Numbered from the stretch's first letter, positions 10,553 through 19,589 are shown. The stretch is DNA of 64,000 bases from a candidate division WOR-3 bacterium (GCA_037481815.1 JBBFKX010000003.1:1-64000); one strand, 5' to 3'. Notes: generated by a model not told the origin, from the letters alone. Program-made: numbers and translations.

Positions 10553-11593
10553 ATGCATATAATCATTTTTACATTTTTTTTACTTTTGTGCGAAAATCTG
10601 TCCGGATATACGATTAAAAAGAGTGATCTTATACTTTATTACGATACATTGACTTTACAACAAAAGGTTTCTCAACTTTTCATAGTTTACAGAAACGATC
10701 TTAATTTTACTGAGAATACACCGGGTGGAATCATTCCATCAAGAAACCTTTTAAAAAAGATATATTATAAAAAAATTCCTGTTGATTCTTTAACAAAAAA
10801 CTTTAAAGTCCCGCCTTTGATCTGTATCGATCAGGAAGGAGGAAAGGTTGATAGATTGTCTTTCATAGAAAAAACCCCATCCTTAAATTCGATTTTTCAT
10901 GATTATGAAAGAAGAGAAATAATTATAAAAAATATGGTTTTAAACCAAAAAAGGTTAGGAGTAAATTTAAACCTTTCACCTGTCCTTGATATATCATATC
11001 AAAAAAATTCGATGATGAGAAGAACAGATCGAAATATTGTATCAACTGTCGATTCCATTCAGGAATTCATTGAATTATATATCTCTATTCACAAAAGTAT
11101 GAAAATATTGAACTGTGTAAAACTTTTTCCAGGATATGGTGAAACTTTTGATAATTCGGATGTCGTTATACCAAAATTTAAAGGTGGTAAAGAACTGTTT
11201 GATAAAAATATAGATCTGTTTTACCATTTTTTTGATAAGGTCTCATTTGTGATGCTTTCAAATCTAATTTATCCTTTCCTTGACACCCTACCCGCTATAA
11301 GATCACAAAAAATAGTAGAACTTGTTCGAGATAAGAACAAAAATATTGTTATAATTGCTGATGATATAGCATCAAAATCCAATAAAAATCCATTTTTAGT
11401 TTTAAAGGAATCTTTTAAAAGTGGAGTTGATATGTTCATTCTCATGAACGATACTCTTTTTGAATATATGGTGGATTCACTTTCTTTATGGATCTCAAAT
11501 GGAGAGGTAGAAAAAAAGGATTTTGATGAAAAACTCTTTAGAATAATGTTGAAAAAAGAGTATCTTTTTAATTTTATAAAAAACCGAAGTTAA
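10553..11593 (+). CDS. Glycoside hydrolase family 3 N-terminal domain protein (NagZ-like, altered catalytic loop)
   Basis: IDQEGGKVDR, NLSPVLD, KLFPGYG (canonical KHFPGHG), IIADD. Confidence 0.8.
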   Translation: MHIIIFTFFLLLCENLSGYTIKKSDLILYYDTLTLQQKVSQLFIVYRNDLNFTENTPGGIIPSRNLLKKIYYKKIPVDSLTKNFKVPPLICIDQEGGKVDRLSFIEKTPSLNSIFHDYERREIIIKNMVLNQKRLGVNLNLSPVLDISYQKNSMMRRTDRNIVSTVDSIQEFIELYISIHKSMKILNCVKLFPGYGETFDNSDVVIPKFKGGKELFDKNIDLFYHFFDKVSFVMLSNLIYPFLDTLPAIRSQKIVELVRDKNKNIVIIADDIASKSNKNPFLVLKESFKSGVDMFILMNDTLFEYMVDSLSLWISNGEVEKKDFDEKLFRIMLKKEYLFNFIKNRS

Positions 11594-12291
11594 ACACCAA
11601 CTATTGAAACATTGTTCACAAACTGTGTCATTATATCTCTTGCTTTTTTTAACTCTTCAGGTTTGTAAGGTTTAATCGTTTTAAAATCATCGTTTAAAGT
11701 TTTAATGTTTCTGAACTGCTGAATCACATATTTTTTCGCACCTGCTATTAAAACCCCGATCTCTCTTATATCTTCGAGTGTAACAAGTTGTGGAACCATC
11801 GTTGTTCTGAACTCATACTCGATTTTAGAATTCAACAAGATTTCAACAGAATTTTTTATCCTTTCAAAATCAATTGTTATTCCAGAAGCAACGATATATT
11901 TTGAAGGGGAGGTTTTTATGTCCATAGCAACATAATCAACAAGGTTTTTCGTTAAAACTTTTTCAAGAATTTCTGGAGTGTAACCGTTTGTATCAACCTT
12001 TACTGGAAGTTCAAATTTTTCCTTTAACTTTATTATGAAATCAACAATTTCTTCACTCATTAAGGGTTCACCACCTGTTATACTGATACCTTCAATAAAA
12101 TTTTTTCTCTCATTAAGAAGCGAAAACAATTTGTTTTCATCTATCGTCTGTATGATATCAAAATCTTTTACAAGTTCAGGATTATGACAGAAAGGGCACC
12201 TGAAATTACATCCAGCAAGAAAAATTGTGGATGAAACTTTTTCGGGAAAATCAAGTGTAGTTATCCCTTGAAAACCTTTTACAGTGACCAT
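11590..12291 (-). CDS. nrdG: Anaerobic ribonucleotide reductase activating radical SAM enzyme
   Basis: GCNFRCPFCHN, ITGGEP, DTNG, YEFRTT; lies downstream of nrdD. Confidence 0.92.
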   Translation of the reverse strand: MVTVKGFQGITTLDFPEKVSSTIFLAGCNFRCPFCHNPELVKDFDIIQTIDENKLFSLLNERKNFIEGISITGGEPLMSEEIVDFIIKLKEKFELPVKVDTNGYTPEILEKVLTKNLVDYVAMDIKTSPSKYIVASGITIDFERIKNSVEILLNSKIEYEFRTTMVPQLVTLEDIREIGVLIAGAKKYVIQQFRNIKTLNDDFKTIKPYKPEELKKARDIMTQFVNNVSIVGV

Positions 12292-12302
12292 TTAAAAAAT
12301 TT

Positions 12303-12470
12303 TTAAAGTTTGAACTCTTTTCTGTCTTTGAACTCTTCCCTTTTACCTTCGTTCCAGTTGTTAACAGGTCTGAAATAACCAACTATTCTGCTGTAAATCT
12401 CTGTTGGAATCACTTTCACCTTTTTAACATCTTTTTCTTCACCTTTTAAAACAACTTTTACCTCTTCCAT
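12303..12470 (-). CDS. 55-aa stand-alone glycyl-radical domain of class III RNR (not in the ORF track)
   Basis: MEEVKVVLKGEEKDVKKVKVIPTEIYSRIVGYFRPVNNWNEGKREEFKDRKEFKL*; SRIVGY glycyl-radical motif; own SD (AAAAGGAGAG) inside the last nrdD codons. Confidence 0.9.
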   Translation of the reverse strand: MEEVKVVLKGEEKDVKKVKVIPTEIYSRIVGYFRPVNNWNEGKREEFKDRKEFKL

Positions 12471-14594
12471 TTACTCTCCTTTTTCGACATATATTTCAAC
12501 ACCAAATTTTTCAAGTTCTTCAGTCGTATGATCGTAAGGACAATAGTTATGCTCTCCAGGAATATATCCATGAACAGGGCATATTGAAAATGTTGGGGTT
12601 ATCGTAAAATATGGTAGATGGAAATTTTCCGCTATCTTTTTCACAAGTTTTTTACAAGCATTAGAAGAGTATATTCTTTCACCAATGAATCCATGCAAAA
12701 CAGTTCCTCCTGTATATTGACACTGGAGTTCGTCCTGCAATTTTAACGCTTCAAAAAGATCATCTGTAAAACCAACCGGAAGTTGTGTTGAGTTTGTGTA
12801 ATATGGAACATCTTTTCCTGCTGTTATGATATCCGGGAAACGTTTTTTGTCCTCTTTTGCAAGTCGATACGATGTTCCTTCAGCTGGGGATGCCTCAAGG
12901 TTATAGAGGTTCCCGGTTTCATCTGTAAATTTTTCAAGTTTTTCTCTCATAAACTTTAAAGTTTCAAGCGCAAACTCTTTTCCTTTTTCCTGACCAATAT
13001 TTTCTCCCACAAGCATTAAACACGCCTCGTTCATTCCAACAAGTCCTATAGTGGAAAAATGGTTCGCCCAATATTTTCCATTAGCTTTCTTTACCTCTTC
13101 AAGATAAACCTTAGAATATGGATAAAGGTTATCCTCTGTAAACTTTTCAAGAACTTTTCTTTTGATTTCAAGAGATTCTTTAGCTATTTCCATCATCTTT
13201 TCGAGTTTTGAGAAAAAGTCCGCTTTATTTTTACTGTTATAAGCTATTCTTGGAATGTTTATCGTTACAACACCAACAGAACCAGTCATCGGATTTGCAC
13301 CGAAAAGACCACCGCTTCTTTTTGGATGTTTTTCCTGTTTATGTTCCTGAAAAGAATCTTTATTTGAAAGTAGATTCAACTGGATCTTTTCACTCCTTCT
13401 TTTTAACTCTCTGTTGTCCAACCTCAATCTACAACACATACTCCTTGCATCTGAGGGATCCATATCGGAATTTATAAAATTACTGAAATAAGGTATACCA
13501 TATTTTGCGGTCATCTCCCATATTTTCTCAAGATTTGGATTGTCCCAATCAAAATTTTTTGTGATGTTGTATGTTGGAATCGGGAATGTAAAAATCCTTC
13601 CCTTTGCATCACCTTCCATCATGACTTCTGCAAACGCTTTGTTAAACATGTCCATCTCTTGTTGAAACTCTTTGTATGTTTCATTCATCCTTTTTCCGCC
13701 GATTATCACTCTCTCATCTTTTAATGTTTCAGGACAAACAAGATCCATCGTTACATTTGTGAAAGGCGTCTGGAATCCAACTCTTGTTGGAACATTAACA
13801 TTGAAAACAAACTCCTGCATCGCCTGTTTAACCTCTTCATATGTGAGTTCATCATATCTTATGAATGGAGCAAGATAGGTATCAAAGTTTGAAAACGCCT
13901 GTGCTCCAGCTGCTTCACCCTGCAATGTATAGAAAAAGTTAACTATCTGTCCCAGAGCGGTTCTGAAATGCTTTGCAGGTTTTGATTCTATTTTTCCTGA
14001 AACACCTCCTAAACCTTTAAGCAAAAGGAGTTCAAGATCCCATCCACAACAGTAAACGGAAAGCATACCAAGGTCGTGTATATGTAAATCTCCATCTCTA
14101 TGTGCATTTGCAACCTCTTTTGGATAGATTTTTTCAAGCCAGTATGAGGCTGAAATCGATGAAGAGATATGGTTGTTAAGCCCCTGTAAAGAGTATGACA
14201 TGTTCGAATTTTCGTTAACTCTCCAGTCTATCTTTTCAATGTATTCATCCATCAAATCGATACCATATTTTATCAACTCTTTACTCTTTCTTATCTGGTT
14301 ATGCTGCTCTCTGTAAAGTATATACGCTTTTGCTGTTTTGGCATGACCTGCTTCGATAAGCATCTTTTCAACAAGATCCTGCACATTTTCGACTGTTGGA
14401 ATTCTGCCATCTTTATACAGAACCTCAAGAACAGCAACTATCTGATTCGTTATCTTTTTCGCTGGTTCAATATCTGTTCCACCAACAGCTTTTACTGCCT
14501 TAAAAATCGCTTCAGTAATTTTGTTTTCATCAAATTTTTCCAGCCTACCATCTCTTTTTCTTATGAATTCAACCTTGGTCACCCATTCCTCCAT
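12471..14594 (-). CDS. nrdD: Class III (anaerobic) ribonucleoside-triphosphate reductase, large part, with ATP cone and without the Gly-radical tail
   Basis: ATP cone (KRDGRLEKFD), GDLHIHDL, AGAQA, FTFPIPT, RSMCCRL, YNLEASPAE, TGGTV, CPVH zinc ribbon. Likely start is the GTG at 14582 after GGAGG. Confidence 0.95.
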   Translation of the reverse strand: MEEWVTKVEFIRKRDGRLEKFDENKITEAIFKAVKAVGGTDIEPAKKITNQIVAVLEVLYKDGRIPTVENVQDLVEKMLIEAGHAKTAKAYILYREQHNQIRKSKELIKYGIDLMDEYIEKIDWRVNENSNMSYSLQGLNNHISSSISASYWLEKIYPKEVANAHRDGDLHIHDLGMLSVYCCGWDLELLLLKGLGGVSGKIESKPAKHFRTALGQIVNFFYTLQGEAAGAQAFSNFDTYLAPFIRYDELTYEEVKQAMQEFVFNVNVPTRVGFQTPFTNVTMDLVCPETLKDERVIIGGKRMNETYKEFQQEMDMFNKAFAEVMMEGDAKGRIFTFPIPTYNITKNFDWDNPNLEKIWEMTAKYGIPYFSNFINSDMDPSDARSMCCRLRLDNRELKRRSEKIQLNLLSNKDSFQEHKQEKHPKRSGGLFGANPMTGSVGVVTINIPRIAYNSKNKADFFSKLEKMMEIAKESLEIKRKVLEKFTEDNLYPYSKVYLEEVKKANGKYWANHFSTIGLVGMNEACLMLVGENIGQEKGKEFALETLKFMREKLEKFTDETGNLYNLEASPAEGTSYRLAKEDKKRFPDIITAGKDVPYYTNSTQLPVGFTDDLFEALKLQDELQCQYTGGTVLHGFIGERIYSSNACKKLVKKIAENFHLPYFTITPTFSICPVHGYIPGEHNYCPYDHTTEELEKFGVEIYVEKGE

Positions 14595-14607
14595 TTTTTT
14601 TCAAAAA

Positions 14608-14635
14608 ATATTATCACTCACTTGAAAAATGTCAA
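14608..14635 (-). promoter_or_regulatory. nrdD promoter
   Basis: TTGACA-16 nt-TAATAT upstream of nrdD. Confidence 0.6.
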
Positions 14636-14641
14636 TAGACC

Positions 14642-14689
14642 CCACAAAATATAGTGGGGTCGAGTTTTGTAAAATACAATATGTTGAAA
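14642..14689. promoter_or_regulatory. Tandem NrdR boxes
   Basis: CCACAAAATATAGTGG (14642-14657) and ATACAATATGTTGAAA (14674-14689) match acaCwAtATaTwGtg, are 32 bp apart and abut the -35 box. Confidence 0.8.
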
Positions 14690-14712
14690 AATAAAAGAAC
14701 TTATGGTTTTTA

Positions 14713-15669
14713 TTATTTTACAAACATTTCGGCAACCTTTAGAGGTATTTCATAACTCAAAGAATCGACCAATGTAAGTTCTGAAAAATCAACAAGATAT
14801 AATTTTCCCACATTTGTTGAAACCACGACTTTTCCCTTGAAATATTCTATATCTGAAGGGGATGGAATTTCAAGAGTTTTTATGATGTTTAAATCTGTAT
14901 CAAGAATGTATAATTTATTGAATATATCTGTTAAAAACACTTTATCCTCAACAACTTTCACTTTTCCAAGAAAATTATCAAACTCTAAAGAATCAACATC
15001 AACACCATCTTTTACCTTTTTAATTTTACCTTTTATATCATTATAATTTCCAACCAGAGAAACATAAACATTATTGTTTTGATCAAGATCAAGGTAGGAG
15101 GGATTTGAACCTTTAGCAATATCTGTTTCAATATTGTTAAAATCTTCTGATATTTTATAAATATGACCATTCAAGGAGGTGTTGTTTGAACCTACATATA
15201 AAAATCCATCTCTGTAAATAACCTCCTGTGGTGCTGTAACAGATAATGAATCTATTATTGAAAAACTTTCCTTTTCTATTTTAAAAATTGAATTCGAAAG
15301 CCAATCGGTAACAAAAATATAATCGTCGGAAGCATCAATATAAGCAGGTGAACTCAGTCCTCCCCTCTCTATTTGTGAAATTTTGTTTCCAGATAAATCA
15401 AACTTCTCTATCGTTGGTATACCCCCAAATCCTGAATTTGTTATGTAAATGTTTTTATCATCAACGTATATATCTGTAGGTGCTGAACCGGTTATCAAAA
15501 GTGGAGTTGATTGAAGTTGGAATAGAGAATCCACCGTATAAACCGCTTCTTTTTCCCAATCGAGAATATAGATTGAACTCTCCATCTTCTCATTTTTAAA
15601 CAGAGAACAGGAAATGCCTAACAACAAAATCGACAAAACAGATAGAACAGAAAAAACTTTTTTCATCAT
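14713..15669 (-). CDS. Beta-propeller (YncE/BtuG-like) lipoprotein
   Basis: Lipobox LGISC; repeated blades (PTDIYV...IYITN, PAYIDA...IFVTD, PQEVIY...LYVG); coupled to the TonB receptor gene. Confidence 0.7.
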   Translation of the reverse strand: MMKKVFSVLSVLSILLLGISCSLFKNEKMESSIYILDWEKEAVYTVDSLFQLQSTPLLITGSAPTDIYVDDKNIYITNSGFGGIPTIEKFDLSGNKISQIERGGLSSPAYIDASDDYIFVTDWLSNSIFKIEKESFSIIDSLSVTAPQEVIYRDGFLYVGSNNTSLNGHIYKISEDFNNIETDIAKGSNPSYLDLDQNNNVYVSLVGNYNDIKGKIKKVKDGVDVDSLEFDNFLGKVKVVEDKVFLTDIFNKLYILDTDLNIIKTLEIPSPSDIEYFKGKVVVSTNVGKLYLVDFSELTLVDSLSYEIPLKVAEMFVK

Positions 15670-17552
15670 ACCTCCATTTTTAGGTTTAAAGAGAATTTTC
15701 TTCCCTCTTCAATGTATCCTCTTACACTCTCAATTTTTAAATCGAATGGATTATCAAACGAAAAAGTTATATTTAAATTTTTCAACCTATAATCAAGGTT
15801 TATTTCATCAAGAGAGAGATAGGATGGTAAATATTTTGTGTTTTCATTGTTTAAAAACCTCTTCGATCGATACTCAAAATAAAGAGAAAAAGTTAAATTT
15901 TTGAACTCGTAACTCAAAGAATAGTTCATGTTTATAAAAGATGTGTATAAAAGCATCTTGAACCTGTTCAGATACATCGGAGAAATGGTGAATACAAAAG
16001 AGTTGTTAAAACTCAATATCTTTTTGTTGTACTGAAAACCTATGAAAGGGTTATAAGTTTTAAGGATATTTTCAGGAGTATATATACCATTTTCGTTTAT
16101 CCATCTTATAAGGTCTTTGTAAAAATTGAAGCCACCAAAAAATTTCCTATCCTCTTTTGAAAAAGCAAGATGGTATGAATAAAGTTTTTCGTTTACAAGT
16201 TTTTCATTTCCTTGAGTGAAAATATCTCCAGTCCAGTAAAGTTCGTTGAAAGTGGGTCTTCTGGTTGATATTTTCAAAGAGTGGGTTACAAGATACTCGT
16301 TAAATTTGAAATTTTTTAAAATTGAAAAACTATACACAAAATTGTTTTTCAAATTATCATCTTTGAAGGTAGATGAGAACGAAAACGAGTTTGAAATTTC
16401 AAAAGATTTTAAAACAAAATTTGAAAAAATACCGTAAAAGAATTCGTTTGAATATAAAACGTTAGTCGATACTATCCAGTTTTTTTGAAAAAACAAACCA
16501 ACACTTGTTTGTGAATAATTGTAGTTCAAAATTATGTTATCAGAACATGTTTTTGAAGTGTCATAAATTACAAGATCCTTGTTATCGTAAACATAAGTGT
16601 AAAAATTATGGGAAAATAGAATTTCTAAATTTTTTGCAGTCAAAAATTTAAAGTTTATAATTCTATTTTTTTCATAAATCGTTGAGTTATAAAATCTATG
16701 CCCTAAAATCCCAGGGTCACCAGTTTTAACCCTTCCATCGATTATTAGACTCGAAAAAATGTTGTTATTAAAATAAAAATAATTCAAATATCCCTTCTGA
16801 TAAGAGTTTAAAATTTTTTCACCACCTGGAACCACCATATCCTTTTTATCAAAGGTTTCGTTTCCAACTTTAATTCCTTTTAATGACAGCGTTAAATCTA
16901 TATCATAAGATTTTTTGTCATCAAAATTTATATTCACTTTTGATCTATCAGGTTTTTCTATTTCAAAATTTATTCCAGAAGAAAAAATGTTCTCACCATA
17001 AAAATTTGATATACCATTTTTATAAAAACTAACAGATGAAAAAAGGTTTTTTGGTAGAAGGTTTATGGGAACAGTTCTTGACTGCTGGTTAACTATTGGA
17101 ACACCATCAACACAGATCTGGTTATCTTCATTTAGAAGTCCATCTACTGAAATAACATAACTTCTGTTGTACTCTCTCAAAGTTACAGAAGGAAACTTTT
17201 TTATAACCGAAACCAAATTTTTATTTTTTGTTTCCAATTTTAAAACTTCATCTCTTATCCTCTCTTTTTCGACTACAAGCGGTTTATATGCAAAAGGTTC
17301 AATTTCAAGATAGATTTTTAAAGTTTCCTCTAAAGTTATAAATGTTAGAGATTTATATCCCAATGAAGAGACTGTTATCTCTTTTCCCTTTTCTACTTCA
17401 AATGGAGTTTTTGTTTGATAAGTTTTATTTTCATAAGAAATCGTGACATAGTAGATTTTTTCTCCACTGTTATTATCAAAAACATATATATGGGATGAAA
17501 ATGATTTCACCAGAAAGGAAAAGATAAAAATCAATATGATCAGTTTTTTCAT
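15666..17552 (-). CDS. TonB-dependent outer membrane receptor, probable cobalamin transporter (BtuB-like)
   Basis: Plug motifs (VDGVPI, SSGIN), RRPTFNELYW...GNEKLVNE, DNPFD, RGY...GRKF; preceded by a cobalamin riboswitch. Confidence 0.8.
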   Translation of the reverse strand: MKKLIILIFIFSFLVKSFSSHIYVFDNNSGEKIYYVTISYENKTYQTKTPFEVEKGKEITVSSLGYKSLTFITLEETLKIYLEIEPFAYKPLVVEKERIRDEVLKLETKNKNLVSVIKKFPSVTLREYNRSYVISVDGLLNEDNQICVDGVPIVNQQSRTVPINLLPKNLFSSVSFYKNGISNFYGENIFSSGINFEIEKPDRSKVNINFDDKKSYDIDLTLSLKGIKVGNETFDKKDMVVPGGEKILNSYQKGYLNYFYFNNNIFSSLIIDGRVKTGDPGILGHRFYNSTIYEKNRIINFKFLTAKNLEILFSHNFYTYVYDNKDLVIYDTSKTCSDNIILNYNYSQTSVGLFFQKNWIVSTNVLYSNEFFYGIFSNFVLKSFEISNSFSFSSTFKDDNLKNNFVYSFSILKNFKFNEYLVTHSLKISTRRPTFNELYWTGDIFTQGNEKLVNEKLYSYHLAFSKEDRKFFGGFNFYKDLIRWINENGIYTPENILKTYNPFIGFQYNKKILSFNNSFVFTISPMYLNRFKMLLYTSFINMNYSLSYEFKNLTFSLYFEYRSKRFLNNENTKYLPSYLSLDEINLDYRLKNLNITFSFDNPFDLKIESVRGYIEEGRKFSLNLKMEV

Positions 17553-17600
17553 CTACCATCCATCCTTGTCAGGACGGACCCTGTCATAGCAGGTTCCGAA

Positions 17601-17748
17601 CATCAGGCAGGTTTCCTGGCTTGCGGCTTAAACCTCCTGCCACCTTCCCCAAAATGGGTGGTATAAGGCATTTGTATCCGCTTACAGTTGCTTGACAGCA
17701 GTGGATTTTCACCACTTTCCCTTTTACCTCAAAAGAGCACCTGACGTG
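17601..17748 (-). ncRNA. Cobalamin (AdoCbl) riboswitch
   Basis: AGGTGCTC...AAAAGGGAAAGTGGTGAAAATCCACTGCTG...GCAACTGTAA...GGGAAG...AAGCCAGGAAACCTGCC B12-box elements; a downstream CGTCCT/AGGATG hairpin could mask the SD. Confidence 0.93.
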
Positions 17749-17810
17749 TAAGAATTATATACACTAAAAAAATTTGTCAACATCTTTCAATTTTTAAAAC
17801 CAGTTTAATA

Positions 17811-17838
17811 TTGACAATTTGTTTATTCTTTATATACT
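17811..17838 (+). promoter_or_regulatory. rpsP operon promoter
   Basis: TTGACA-16 nt-TATACT. Confidence 0.55.
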
Positions 17839-17873
17839 ATAAAATTCTAAAAAAACAAAACCCATAGGAGGTT

Positions 17874-18152
17874 ATGATGGTTAACATACATTTAAAAAGA
17901 ATTGGTAAAAACAAAACTTCTTGCTACAGAATCGTTGTTGCTGATTCAAGATTTCCAAGAGATGGAAGATTCATCGATTGTATAGGTTCATACGATCCAA
18001 AAGGAAAAAATCTTACAAAACTTGATCTTATGAAGTATGATGCCTGGATAAAAAAAGGAGCAAAGCCGACTAAAAGAGTTGAAACGATAATTAAACTTTA
18101 TAGAGAGAATAAACTTGAAGGAAAGGTAGAGAAAGATGAAATCACTTCTTGA
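17874..18152 (+). CDS. rpsP: 30S ribosomal protein S16
   Basis: YRIVVADSRFPRDGRFID.IGSYDP, GAKPT. Confidence 0.97.
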   Translation: MMVNIHLKRIGKNKTSCYRIVVADSRFPRDGRFIDCIGSYDPKGKNLTKLDLMKYDAWIKKGAKPTKRVETIIKLYRENKLEGKVEKDEITS

Positions 18153-18366
18153 GTATATAGTAAAGTCACTTGTTGATAAGCCAGAAAAAGTGAAAATACA
18201 CGTATGTGAAGGTCAGAAAACTACACTTTATGAAATCGAAATAGATAAAGAGGATGTCGGAAAAGTTATAGGAAAAGATGGAGCAACACTTGAAGCGATA
18301 AACACTCTGGTGTCAGTTTCATCTGTAAAAAATAATAGAAAATCAGTTATCGAAATCATCGATTGA
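18136..18366 (+). CDS. khpA: KH domain RNA-binding protein KhpA
   Basis: LVDKPE...DVGKVIGKDG; lies between rpsP and rimM. Confidence 0.92.
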   Translation: MKSLLEYIVKSLVDKPEKVKIHVCEGQKTTLYEIEIDKEDVGKVIGKDGATLEAINTLVSVSSVKNNRKSVIEIID

Positions 18367-18367
18367 T

Positions 18368-18856
18368 ATGTTGTTTAAAGTTGGAAAAATATTAAAGCCA
18401 CATGGATTAAAGGGAAACTTGAAGATCTATTTTTATGATAAGGATCGGGAGTTTCAGATTCCAGAATTTTTTTATATCAACGGTGAAAAATTTTTTGTAG
18501 AAAGTAGCGGAAGAATTGGGTCGAATTTTATAATAAAGTTTAAAGGAATAAATGATAGAACGGATGCGGCAAAATTACAAAACCTTTATATCGAAGTTGA
18601 AGAGAAGGATCTTGTGAAATTGAAAAATAACCAGTACCATTCTCATGAGATAGTTGGTTCAAAAATTGTTTCTAAAGATGGTCAGGAGATAGGAAAAGTT
18701 ATAAATATAATTTTTCTTGAAAATGGAGATGTGCTTGAAGTCGACATAAAAGGCAAAAAGGAAACGATTCTGTTTAAAAAAGATTTTTTTTCAGAAATAG
18801 ATCCTGAAAATAAAATTTTAAAACTAAAATACGAAGAAGATTTTTATGCGTTTTAG
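18368..18856 (+). CDS. rimM: 16S rRNA processing protein RimM
   Basis: GKILKPHGLKG, KFKGINDR, PRC barrel; synteny. Confidence 0.92.
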   Translation: MLFKVGKILKPHGLKGNLKIYFYDKDREFQIPEFFYINGEKFFVESSGRIGSNFIIKFKGINDRTDAAKLQNLYIEVEEKDLVKLKNNQYHSHEIVGSKIVSKDGQEIGKVINIIFLENGDVLEVDIKGKKETILFKKDFFSEIDPENKILKLKYEEDFYAF

Positions 18857-19589
18857 TATCATAACTCTTTTTGGAGAGTTGATAAAACCGTTCTTTGAAA
18901 CATCTTTATTGAAAAGAGCAATAGAAAAAAAACTAATCTCTGTTGAGATAATAAATTTAAGAGATTTTGGCATCGGAAAACACAAAAAGGTCGATGATTA
19001 TCCTTACGGATTGTCTTCAGGAATGATTCTAATGTGCGAACCACTAAAAAAAGCCCTTGACTCAATCGATGGGGATAACAAATATGTTGTTTTGACTTCT
19101 CCTTCAGGTGTTCTCTTAAATCAGAATATCATTGAAAAAAATCTATCGAAAAAGGATCATCTTGTTATAATAGCAGGAAGATATAAAGGTATAGATCAGA
19201 GATTTATCGATAAATATGTAGATCTTGAAGTATCCATAGGTGATTACATACTTCAAGGTGGAGAAATTCCGGCTTTGATTATAGTTGAAACGGTCAGTCG
19301 ATTCGTTAAAGGAGTTCTACATTCTATCGATTCTGCAGAGAACGACTCTTTTTCAAAGGGATTTCTTGACTCGCCTAAATATACAAGACCAAAGGTTTTT
19401 GAAGGTATGGAGGTCCCAGAAATTTTACTTTCAGGTAACCATAAAAAGATAGAAGAGTATGAAGAGTATGAATCTTTGAAACTTACATACAAAAGAAGAA
19501 AAGATCTCTTAAAAAATAAGGACTTGACAAAGAGACAAAAAGAAATTATAAATAAATTAAAATTGGAGGAAAAGAATGGCAAAACTTAA
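18846..19589 (+). CDS. trmD: tRNA (guanine37-N1)-methyltransferase
   Basis: [37 protein letters not shown]. Confidence 0.97.
   Translation: MRFSIITLFGELIKPFFETSLLKRAIEKKLISVEIINLRDFGIGKHKKVDDYPYGLSSGMILMCEPLKKALDSIDGDNKYVVLTSPSGVLLNQNIIEKNLSKKDHLVIIAGRYKGIDQRFIDKYVDLEVSIGDYILQGGEIPALIIVETVSRFVKGVLHSIDSAENDSFSKGFLDSPKYTRPKVFEGMEVPEILLSGNHKKIEEYEEYESLKLTYKRRKDLLKNKDLTKRQKEIINKLKLEEKNGKT

Noticed and set aside
6271..12473. Genome-wide TAA reassignment, suggested by two in-frame TAA junctions
   Set aside because: TAA ends many conserved genes at their expected C-termini (glyA, buk, nrdG, recA).
13317..13394. Intein or intron in nrdD
   Set aside because: Only 26 aa, in frame, with no C-terminal HN or intein blocks and no intron structure. 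Kept as an insertion finding.
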